A program made the position numbers and the translations under genes. From the NCBI RefSeq assembly GCF_964204645.1, contig NC_134027.1, positions 8,402,485 through 8,466,484 of the forward strand: DNA of 64,000 nt. Direction: 5' to 3'. Below, piece after piece: positions 19,414 to 31,398 of this stretch. The notes under the pieces are model-generated. The model was not told the DNA's origin and did no database searches. It saw only the letters and a program-made list of their open reading frames with translations. Positions within the stretch are counted from its first letter, which is position 1; the number at the start of each line of letters is the position of its first letter. The stretch is from Tubulanus polymorphus (taxonomy: Eukaryota > Animalia > Nemertea).

Positions 19414-20933
19414 GGAATTCCTGCTGCTATGTTCGGGCTGAATGAATATATCATTAATTCATCAACTACTTTTTTCAAATAAACTAATAGCCAGATGTAG
19501 AAAATATCATAAAATATATACTGTGTTTATAGAAAATAAATTTGATACGTTTATTTTTGGGATAAGTGAAAATACATATGTTGGTTCGAATCCCATAATT
19601 TTAAGAGCGAACTGGCGCGCGGCCTCGGGGTAAAGGGTAGCTCCGAGTATATCCAAATCAGAGCATCCATACCCAATGTTACCCAATGCTTTCGTAGTAC
19701 CGTCCGGATGCACTCCTCCTGCTCTTTAATGCGAAACGGCTGAGCGAAGTTCCTCTCGAAATCTTTTCTGGGACTTGGGTACTGGACCCGGCATCGATGC
19801 CTCGGCCTAATACATCGACTTTTCGCGGATCTATATCTATTAAGATCTTTATTGCTTTGCTCCTAGAACAACAGAATTGCTTTATGATGACTGAGCTGTC
19901 GGGAGAACATATCAAGTTATTTTAAATTGCGCGGGTGACAAGTCAGCCAATCACTGATCCCTGTTCTATTCAAACCACAAATTTCTTTAATAAGTTCATA
20001 AATTGACCACTGACCACCACTGACCAATTCAAACTTCTCGAATATGAGAAAGAGTCGCCACAAGTGATAAAAGTCAAAATCGTTTATTCGAAGAAAACTT
20101 ATGGTAGAAACAACGATGACATAAACAAAGCGCAGGGCCAAGCCCAAAAGGGCTTCATTTCAACCTTTGATTGTTGCTAAAAACTTCATGAAAGATTGGA
20201 AGATTTTTAACGTGAATCATATTTATTTTCATACAACAATTATAGAAAATGCCAGATTACGTGCTTGAGGAATTATAATGTAAGAATTCCTCAACCACGA
20301 TGACTATATTTCAAAAAAGACCAACCATAATGGACGTATAAACTATAAACTAGGACAATCAGCAAGGGCTGACAAAGTTCCGCTAACTGGAAGACGGCAC
20401 CGATTATTCATAATATTGACGAGTAAACTTATCCTTTCTCGCATCGAATTTCAACTAGGTGTTGAAATCGGAGCCGTTCGGTCCAAAGGACGGCCTACGT
20501 CGACTGGTCCTAGTACCTATTGGGGTCAAAAACTTATTATGCCGGGCCCCTGTGGGCTCAAGGCAACATTTTCAGACTTAACGTTATTTTCTCGTTATCA
20601 TTGTGGGATTTTCTACTGGGCCACAACCACGGGTCGGAATCCACGTGCCCGACCGGGCACTAAACTACCCGATCGGTCTAACGGTCTCTCTTCCGAGTGG
20701 CCCAGGACCTCTGACCACTACGAAACGTGTATGGATATAAAATATATCTAACGTTAGAGAGTTGTCGATTTTCTCGGCCTGGTTTGTTTTTTTTTCAACC
20801 TAGATATTTAGTGATAATGTATCTTATCTGGGCGTTCAGTTTGGCATTTAAACTTAATTTTCGTGTTAATCAAGTATAGTGAATAGGCAGACCCGATTCT
20901 CATAATTCTGTTCAGTTTTCACTAAAAGCTACG

Positions 20934-23321
20934 ATGAATTCGAAACCAAATGCTACCAGCGGTGATTTGACGTGTGGTAATGACCTCAAGTGGAATAATG
21001 ATTCAATTAGGTTAAATGAAAAACTCAACGAAGACACGGTTTCATTTCCTCTGATTGTCAAAGCAAAGGTGGGTGTAAATTCAGCGGATTCCGACGCTAA
21101 ATCCGTTGATGTCGAAGACGTGTACTGCATTCTTGGTATGAAAGATGTCGATATGGTCGAGGCCATCCTCCAAAATACTACCGCGTCTTCATCCACACCT
21201 GTGGCAGGAAGAGAGAAATTAACTAAATTTACTAATCTAATTAAAGAGATCAACTATTCATATTTTTCAAAGAACCAAAAGTTCAGCATTCCAATAGACA
21301 TGAACTCTAGTTTCCGTGTTGTTCCATCGCGAACACCGAACTACGTTTACAAAACCGTTGCTGATTTGGCCGTAGATATGCCCCGGTTTGTAAAACTTGG
21401 AATGGATATCAATATTCCTGAGCCAAAAAATGTAAAATTACGTAAAGACGATGTCGTCGAATTATTGGAATGTGTCACAGGTTCTGTGGGTGATTCCTTT
21501 ATGTGTTTTCGTCGGAGCAATCGGCGCAAGTTTAAGCTAAACTTTGACTGCATTGGAAATTTCACTGTTGTAGCGGACGAGTATTATTACGCGAGCATCA
21601 AAGACATGTTGAGTGTTTCGAAAAACCTTCCTCAGCGAATTTGTTACGACGACTGTTTAAAGATTGACGAAAAAGAATCGTGGTTGCCCGATGACAAGAG
21701 AACTTTCGTTCTGATGAAAACGTTTACGCAAAGATATGCCGTTTGTGTGAAATTATCGAAGTATAGCCTCGATGACTTACAAGCATTTACCACCTTGCAC
21801 GATTTGGGATCATTTACGTTATTTCCCACAAATACTGGCAGCGAACACATTGCGAGGATCGAATTTTCAAGCGCCGACGAAAGTTTTGGTGCGTATCAAA
21901 AGCTGGCGAAAATTTTCAAGAATTTCAATTTTCAAGCGAAGGCTATTCCGGTTCAGGATTTTATTATACCGTTCGGAAACGACTTGAGAGAACTGCCAAT
22001 TGATAATTGGTATGAAATCAAAACATCGGGCAAAGTACAAAAAGGTAAAGAATTATTTATTTGAAACATCGCGCTTATTTTATTTAACTTTTAATTGATA
22101 TATACTCTAACTATAATCCTAATTCAGGGGCTGAATATATTCTAGGGTAAATAATTGGGGTTATTAAATGTCTTCACTGGGACCACTCTGGTGAATATTT
22201 TTTGTTTTGTTTTGAAATTTAGTTCGAGCACAACTGGTGAACTTTCTATCATTGCCTAGGTCTAAATCGAGGACACCTGTTTCTCTTCAAAGGCCTAGCA
22301 GTCACATCGAATCAGCGGATACTGACCGAAATTCTGGATCTTCTGTTCGGGTAAATATAGCGGCATGACCGGATACACAAGTCATATAGAAAACACAAGT
22401 CATATATGACTTATATATTGGCTACATTTACAGAGATGAATTATATCAACCCATATTTCAATTAAAATTTTGCAGACTAACGTCTCCAAAGACGAAGTTG
22501 ATTGTGATTTTTCTTCTGTGGAATATACCGAACCGTTACACGCGCTAGAAATATCTCATTCATTGAAAAAAGCTGAAAAGCGATCAACGGATGAACACCA
22601 ATTTCTTCCTTTAGAAAAAGCCTGCCATGTTAAACAGCCGAGAGACAAGCCATCATTTTGGCGACCCGCTCATGTGCGCGAGATTAAGCCGAGGGCTATC
22701 GTTTATCCAGAGCAATGCAAAATATCTTCAATTAAATCACGCCCAGATTCGGAGAATTGCACTCCTTTGATTGTGACAGACGAAGAGATATTAGACGGCT
22801 ATATTTACTCCGTCGTTCCAAATTGGACACATCATTCCAATCCAGATGATTTTGATGAATCGAGAGGTAAAAATCGTCTCAAAGAGATTTTAGGCGACGA
22901 GTCTTCTCAACTAAACCTTATCACCCAAATATCAGACCATTCGGTGGCGGTAAAACCATTCTCTAATTCGGATCGCAAAGGAATTCCAGAATACTTGCCC
23001 TCCGTGACTGACTCGTCCTCCAAGCAGTATCGGTCGCCGCGCGATGCCACGCCAACAACGACGGCTACAACCTCATCAAGAATCAAATGTCTTAGTGACA
23101 TCCCAGAAGATATATCTTCGTTATCTGTCAACGAGGTCGCCGATGTGGTCAAATTGCACGCATTGCATAAACTATCGGACATAATCCTAGAAGAAAAAAT
23201 TGATGGTACCATTTTTCGAGAATTGACAGAAGAGATGCTTTTGGATGAACCGTTTAATTGCAACAAGTTCCAAGTGCTTAAAGTGAAGAAACTACAAATC
23301 GGGCACAAAACGAAATATTAA
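20934..23321 (+). CDS. CABIT-domain + C-terminal SAM-domain adaptor (GAREM/THEMIS family-like); exons 20934-22044, 22223-22350, 22476-23321
   Basis: Exon 1 has CABIT-like motifs (FPLIVK, FSIPIDMNSSFRVV, YKTVADLA..MPRFV, KLNFDCIGNF). The last exon ends in a SAM-like domain (DISSLSVNEVADVVK..EEKIDGTIFRELTEEML). Exon phases 1 and 0 join in frame. Confidence 0.75.
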
Positions 23322-24075
23322 GATTTCAAAAACTGCATTGCTTGTATTAGCCTATATATTCAAATTTTGCTTTGTTTTTACATAGTTTTGTTCCTGGTGT
23401 TTCATATTTACAGTAAATGGCACGCGAACTTTGCTTTTTTGGGTTTCCGGTTATTATTATTATCGAGAACCAATTTTTGGGATTTACTGACAGCTTCTTT
23501 CGAGCGTCCTTAGTCTGTAACAAGTATCATGTACTTGTATATAAAAGACTTTAGCATAAATGTTATATGTTCTTTGTGTATAGTTTGTTTACGCGTGTTG
23601 CCTGATGATTATCAATAAGCCTGTTATGATTTATCTGTCTGTCGCACCTAATTCTTTATCTTAAGTCTAACTGTGTCTCTGCCCTCCTGTTGTACATATC
23701 TGTGAAAAAATAAAAAATGCCATATCTGGTCACCTAACAATCTTTGTTCATTTTGCACCTATTAGTCAGTATTTGTGCGTATAATAGCTGAAAATGTTAA
23801 TTGAGATTATCATATATCTTAGCTTTTTCTTATCTTTGAAACAAAATCTCCCGCCTCCTTGACTGGTTTCCGAGATTCCAGACAACGAACGATCGAAGCA
23901 TGACATGTAAGCCAAATATTTTTTTTTTTCTTTACGCGGTTTGTAAGTCTATTCCGTAGGTCTTATGCACTGATGTATATTATGGAAAATAAAGTTCTTG
24001 TTAAAAAAAAACGACCGAAACCAAGATCTTTTCTCTTAAGGTTTTCTCTCAAAGGCACGTGTAGTCCACTGTTCT

Positions 24076-24136
24076 AATCAGATCGTTCTAACCACCATTT
24101 ACGGTAATCAGATCGTTCTAACCACCATTTACGGTA
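24076..24136. repeat. Exact ~30 bp tandem duplication
   Basis: TAATCAGATCGTTCTAACCACCATTTACGG occurs twice. Confidence 0.85.
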
Positions 24137-25702
24137 CCATCGATATCTTATTGAACTGTCATTACGTCAATAATACCTGTGGTAAAAACATCTCTCCTCC
24201 TCAAAACCAAAAACCCTTTGTTTAGAGCATCTCCAATCTCCAGTATGTATAAACAAATTTTACAAAAACGATATCGTTACACGCACAATATAATTTTATT
24301 TCCATCAATAAAATTTATCATTATTACATGACTAGAATTTTTTATCTCATAATCATACTTATTTTCTATATTTTATACTATACTAATAATACATGTACCT
24401 CTCATCAACATTCAACACTCTGTTCCAGACTTATTCATCATTTACCAATATATTTAATTACATACTGTATTCAACAGCCAATATGGCAACTAAAATCAAT
24501 AATTATAATAACATCAATCTTGTACCTTCTTTAGGACAAAATATCGCATTCATCATATCAACATCTTACAACAACATCGACGATAGTGTATCAACCCATT
24601 GAAAACATGTCACAAATTGTTTGAACATATAGCTCTGGAGACGATGAATAGTAACTTGAGATTTATAAATCACCTGATATACACACGGAACCTTTTGATG
24701 AAATGACTGCATCCATATTATTGTCTGAATGTCCTTGGTTCGAGAGTTTCACAGTACAACATTTGTATACAATGTAAGTATTTATAGACATTTCTTTAAC
24801 CCCACTTCGCCAGTACAGTAGAACGTACTGCAAGTGTCATAAAATCAAGGATGGTCGAAAGTTACACCCAGGGATATAGAGTTTACATATCACGGTGGTG
24901 ATTTCGAAATATTTTACAAATCGGAGTAAACCTTTAATAAATAAACTACCGTAGACTACAGAGCAACAAACAGTAACGAAGAAATACTTGAGTCAAAAAC
25001 AAATTTCAGTCAAATAAGCATGTCATGATCCGGTAAAATTTTGGATCGCCTAAAATTTTGCTGTACATGGCAATTAAATTTAGATTATCTGATACAGAAT
25101 AATAAATTTACCAATAACAACTAACTCCACTGTAAACAGTTCATGTATATGTACATTTTTAAGTACTGGATTAACAGCCGAAGAATATCAATGTTCATGC
25201 AAGTATTGCACGCCCCAACCTGTCACTCCACTCCACCGTGCAGAGACTGGTTTAATCAAATCTAGGAAGCCAAAGATATAGTTGTATTCCAGGACTCCTG
25301 AAAGAAGGGAAATTGGGAAACTCGTATAGTTTTGACTGAAAATAGGGGTGGGGTGTCTGGTGTTGATAAATTCATAATTCTGAATAATTTGTTTAAGTAC
25401 ATGTATGATCAATAATTATTTTCTTGTTTTCTAGTGCATCCAATTTAGAACATCCCTGAATCCTGATCACAACAATATAAATATAACAGTTCAGGTTCTG
25501 GTTTTACAGTTGGATGAAAAGCTTACCCTCACTAAAATTTTCATTTTCAACCTGGATCCAGAGATCCAGATAACATATTTTTATCTGCAGAGGTTTTGCT
25601 TTAACATACTGGTTAAATGGAAGTTTTATCATAGCTTAAATGCTACTAGCATTTTCATATCTCTTTACAGCATTGTCATCATTGCTTTAATCAATCGATA
25701 CG

Positions 25703-26352
25703 TCATCGAGGGCAACAAGGATTGTCCACCATTAGCATCACGTCGATGCCATACGTTTCGACTAATTCCATTAGGAATGGTCGATCGCCGACCGGGTCGA
25801 GTCCCATCAGTTTCATATGATCACCGGTCAACTGACGATCCTGTGACGCCGAAACATCCAGCAGTGTTTGAAACAGTTTCGTATTCTGTTCATAGAAAAA
25901 CCTGAAAATAATTCATAGTCATATATTCTTAATGCATGTACCAGTAAGGAAATATGCCACATAAGCTTTCAGATTTTTGCTAACTCAAATTCAAATATCA
26001 TGTACCAGCCATAGGCGACAATGCAACTAAATTTTGTCAAGACAACTTTTTGAATTTCAACCCTGTTCCTCAGTTATGAGGTTATCTTTAAGGTCATGTC
26101 ATTGAAAAAACGGAGATTTTAGTGCCTAGTTCTGTTGCTAGGTGGAGCACTGGGCCCTTTGCACTGCTGAACTAGACCCCATACTAATGTTATACCCAAG
26201 TTTAATCAAGATCAACCCACTATTAACAGAGCTAAGTAGCTGAAATACAGACAGACAGACGGACGGACGGACGGACAGACACACACACACAGACGGACAG
26301 GCACACACACACAGACAGACAGACAGCCAGACAGACAGACAGACAGCCAGTC

Positions 26353-26409
<57 letters not shown>

Positions 26410-29400
26410 CACAGACAGACACACAGACAGACAGACACACAGACAGACAGACACACAGACAGACAGACACACAGACAGACACACAGACAGACAGACACAC
26501 AGACAGACAGACACACAGACAGACACACAGACAGACAGACACACAGACAGACAGACAGACACACACAGACAGACATGAAAACATGAATAAGGGTCTTACG
26601 GAAGCCCGAAAACCAATATTCATACCAGTACATGTATGATTAATGTAAGGTACATACTCGGTAAATACGTCCTCTTCATCGAGAGCATCAGTTTCTCCAA
26701 GTTCTTCTCGAGAAAATAATGACGCAGATCTAAAGAATACACATACGATCAGTGGAATTAAACATCTGCGAAAATGTGCTAGTACTTTAAAATAGATAGA
26801 TTCTAACCTTTGATTATTCAGTTTTGCTAGTTTGTCACGATCAGAATCACTGACTCGTAATATCTCTTTCAGCGCTGCTGACTGAGCCAGCACGTTTTGA
26901 TTGTCTACATAAATGTCGTAAAGTTGCGTTTTACATTCAAAGATCTTTTCCGTTGTGCCTGCAAAAACAGATAAAGCACACTAGTCATACATAACATTCA
27001 AATAATACTTTCTTTAGTATTCACATCGAACTTACGAAAGACTTACAAGCTATATATGACATTTCAGTTTCTAACGTTTCGATATCGGCCACATTGACGT
27101 AGAAATGAGGTTTACATTCTCTGCCTGATAATTCCATCACAGAATGGTTACCAAGGCAACAAGCGCAGTAAACTGTAAGCAAAAGGCATTATTGATAAGT
27201 CATTCGACCCGTAAAAAACAATTACCGGCAACAGAGGATATTGAAAAGGTGAACCGCGTGATTACAATTACTGCGATGAACATCTTAGATATTCTATGAT
27301 CAAACAATACATTTCAACTTAGGCAAAGACAGGAGGACTGCTGATGATATTTCTGACCAGTGAATTAATTACCTCTATAGCATACGACGCCGATGGGCGG
27401 TGGTGAGAAAAATAGAATTCTTTTCTGTAACAAAATATATTTCCAAAGTATGAATATTTGTTCGCCGAAGAATTTGATGAACTGCGAAAAACAGCCAGCA
27501 GGATGAGTAATCTGAAAAACAGCCATTAATAATCATCAAATGAAAGACGTTAAGCTGAAAAACCCTTCATGTTGATACACGGCCTCGTTTAAACTGACCT
27601 TCAGTTCAGGCAGAATTTCACTACTGGGAGTAGACACTGGCGTGTGTAGGTGAATACTATCCGTCGATACACTGGACGCGAGCACTCCTTTTTTATCGTT
27701 GTAAAATGCCTTCAATTGCGTGTATTTCCCTGGAATCTCTAACTGATGCCTGTGAAAAAAAACCATACGAGATACAATCAGTCAAACTACTAAAACTAGG
27801 TTAGTAACGCCTGAGGTCGATGGAAGAGAAATTTCCTTAAGTAATTGATATTTAGACAGTAATTTTCAATTTCAATTTGAGATAAACGTACATGATCATT
27901 GGATTGGGAGCATTCCATAAAAGACATCTATGGTCGAAGGGAGGGGGGTTTGTGAACTCTGTGGATTTTCGTGAATATAGGGAGGGGGTTGTTCCGATGT
28001 CTGATGGCTTTTATGTCAAATGGACAAGGGAGGAGGGGCTTAGTGCAAAGTGATTGAAATTTTGCTATTTAGTGTGGATGTCTTTTATGGATAGCCCCTT
28101 GCAGGCTAGCCACAAAGCGAAATTTCTTGAAAAATCATAAATTAATGAACATGCCACCATAATACATCAGATGTATTCATATACAATGCACATGATTAAA
28201 TCATATATTTCTTTATGTTAAATAGATTATAACAGATTTGAATAATTTCGGAGGCCACCACACCTCATCACTCAATGATTGTCAAGTACCAAATGCCAAC
28301 AGCGAATAAGATATAAATCAGGGATAGAAGAATACACATAAAACCTTATCCACAAAACAGCAAACAAATTTTTGAAAGAGTAACCAAGATTTAATTGTTG
28401 TTCAAGAAATTGAGCATTTGATTAGTTTTTTCCTTAAACTGCTGAATTCCATGAATAAAAGATATAGCTATAAACACTCCCGATAAACCATAATCACAAT
28501 ACCAGATCAAGCACCCCAATTTTTTTGTCCAACAAAATTTGCAAAGGAAGGATTCTGATTTTAGAATATCCTAGAAAATCATTTCAGCAATATAATGTCA
28601 TGACGATGCTCGCTTACAAGAACAAACTGTATTTATTATAAAACGCTTCTAATTGGTCAAATACACCCGGAGATTTTAAATGAAACCTGAAGTAAAAACA
28701 AAACACAAAACATCATGTAAAATCATGCCAGAAATATGAATCGATTGACAGGGAATTCAACTAGGCCTATGGCTCTGAAGTTGAGTGTTAATGTATTCTA
28801 AACTATAAAAGTGTCTGACTACACGATACGTATGTATATCAATTGCACCGTAAACATTAGAACAATATCGACAGAATACGGTAATAAATCAATACCAACT
28901 CTACACTTCAATCAATTCAACGCTAAACTGTGGATGCCAGTCGTAATAAAGCCGAAACATGGTACACCAGATGGCTCACAAAATCCTCAGCCTATGCTAA
29001 AACCTACAATTTAGACCTTCACGAAAAAGCAGCGTTCTCCACAACAGTTTAAGAGGCGCGCCCACCACTTTCATTTTTACAACAACCCATCAGAAAAACA
29101 GCAACCCCTTTTAAAATATCTGCTGCCTCTACCAGAGTTGATGTCAATATTCTATCTATGCCGATAATTGCTTTGAAATATATCTCGAGCTAATGTGAAA
29201 AATAGATTACACCAAAATTTAGCTTAATTTTTTTTTTTTAGGGGGATCGAAAGCCTTGCTACTTCAGCAGCCACAATGTTATACACTTAAGAAGAATGTG
29301 GCCCCTTTTCCCACATATGGAGCACACTGAAAAAGACTTCTTCATCAACGCAAAAAACTCCAATTGCCTAGTTTTAAAATTGCTAACAATGAACTCTTTA

Positions 29401-30533
29401 TTGCATTGGTGATTAATATCAGGCTCATAAGATATCTGTAGTAACTGGCAACATCATATAAGGGAACTTTTTAAAAGAATGCAGTCATTCTTTTTAGAGC
29501 TAGTTTCATTGCAGATGGGCTGAATTAAACCAGGACAATGTGGCTGGGTTAGATTAGTCCTGATTTTAATCGATGCATAGAAACTTACCGTACTTGAGTT
29601 TCAAGAAACTGCATATGTCGGTATAGTAAAGTGTATGATGTCGCCAGTATACCGACAGACTTCATTCTAGCACCTCTTTCGATTTCGCTCTCGACTGGCA
29701 TATTTTCGAAACACGCCAAACCATAAAGTTCACCTTTTCTGAAGTAGCTAAATTTCAAACAGAAATATCATTAAATTTGAGATAGGCCTAATTCAATTAC
29801 TCTGGTTCATATGCTTCAATATAACAATACATAAACTTTGAAGGTACATACACAAAATCCCGGTGAAGGGTATGTGAACCACTCGCCATAGCTTTAAATT
29901 CAACCCCATCAAGGTCGGCATCTTCTGGCAGGCACCACTCAACCATGTTACCTGTTGTAAGTAAAATATCAACTTGGTCATAACCCTTTGAACGCCTTTT
30001 TAGATTTATTTCTGTTAAGTGCAATGATCTTGCATTGAATCCCTATATTAAAATCAAGGCTGATATCTGCAATAACTTAAGACTCAGAAAAGAAATAAAT
30101 CTGGTAGGCCTAGGCCCAAAAGCCTTATTTTAATACAATGTCAATGTTATGTGAAGTGAAGGCCTATGTAATGTTGAATCAACAACTGGCTCAAATATCT
30201 TCATTGATTCAACCTGCACATATCAACAACAATCAATTCTTAATCATATCAGGATAATCAAGCATGTCTTTGGTCTAATGAAAGATTACCAGTTCGTGTG
30301 TCGAAAGCTATCACAAATATTGACACTATATAATCCGCATCTGTCAAATTGGAAGCCGATGTACTGGCGCTAATAGTCCCGCGTTCGACCCCATCCTGGT
30401 GGCCGGGCAATCCTGTCCTATTTTCGTTATTGTGAAGTCGATGTCTGATGGTATTATCCCTGTTGTTGCCCCGATATTCCACAGAATTCGACTCGAAATT
30501 GTCCAAAAGCGGAGATTTCTCATCCTCAGCCAT
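25703..30533 (-). CDS. DENND11: DENN domain-containing protein 11 (LCHN/KIAA1147)
   Basis: Exons 30290-30533, 29852-29951, 29589-29747, 27599-27749, 27373-27511, ~27049-27173, ~26808-26958, ~26656-26729, 25703-~25901. Motifs [90 protein letters not shown]. Confidence 0.95.
26247..26574. repeat. Compound microsatellite (GACA)n/(GACACA)n/(GACG)n in a DENND11 intron
   Basis: Directly visible simple repeat of ~330 bp. Confidence 0.97.
27906..28099. mobile_element. MITE with TIR ..TCCATAAAAGACATC
   Basis: TCCATAAAAGACATC ... GATGTCTTTTATGGA inverted ends, with G-rich subterminal tracts. Confidence 0.7.
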
Positions 30534-31398
30534 CTTCGACGTTGCCGACTTCCGACTTCACTGCCATCCACTAGCGCATGCGCTGTGATGATGATCTTAA
30601 ACATTTTTGCCTAAATATTTTCTCTCAGATTAAAATATGATTCATATGTACCCAATTTAATGTTTTTATTCTCAAACATAGATGTAAAGAGATTCATTAT
30701 ATAAATATTCGATGTGAATCTTAAGTTAGTTGTGTGTATAATAAAGTTTTAATTGAGGCGAATCTTACTCGCGCGACAAAAGTGACCTATCCAAAATGAG
30801 GCGCACCCCCAAAACAGCTCGGTAAATTTTCTCAAATTTTTCCTGATTTTTTCTTTCTGGTCTACTGATTTGATATCCATCGTCGTTTAAATGATCATTT
30901 ATCACGAATAGGTAAGGACACGAGGTTTTGAAGCCATCCCGAGGTTTGTCACAGAGCGCCGGAGGGGATCCACAAGCAAGCAAGTTAATCAACCAAAACC
31001 ACACACCACGGCCGGCGCGGGCTTGGGACTTTGGGTTGTACTCTCAGTGCACATCAGATAATTTGTAAATCTTGTCTCTATGAAATGAAATAAATAGATG
31101 CAGGATTAACAGATTATCGTTTTTACAGTACGTGGTGGGCTAAGAATAGCTGCTTGCTGTCAAGCACCTCTTATGGATCGAGTCGTCTCTGCCCACCACC
31201 GGGACGCCATGTCCCACCGCTGGGTGTTTTTACTAGGATACCTGGGTAGAGCTCATATTCTGAAGCTTCAGCCCTCTAAAACTGGGCTGGACAGTATTGA
31301 TGATCAACCCTAAATTAAGATAAACAGTTGTATAACATTTTTGCTTAATTGTCATTTATTTTAGCCATCACTGTCATTGAAGATCCCAGCCGAAAATA

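Noticed and set aside
20350-20590. TTCAGACTTA as RNase P CR-V
   Set aside because: No complementary CR-I (GGAAnnTCTGA) upstream.
24076-24136. CRISPR-like direct repeats
   Set aside because: Two abutting copies with no spacer, in a eukaryotic context.
26212-26633. Cys/Val/Leu/Ser-rich ORFs (SVCLSVCL...)
   Set aside because: Translations of the (TGTC)n microsatellite inside a DENND11 intron.
31010-31040. GTCCCAAGCCC on the minus strand as a twister ribozyme loop
   Set aside because: The surrounding P1/P2/P4 stems and the UAA cleavage motif could not be assembled.
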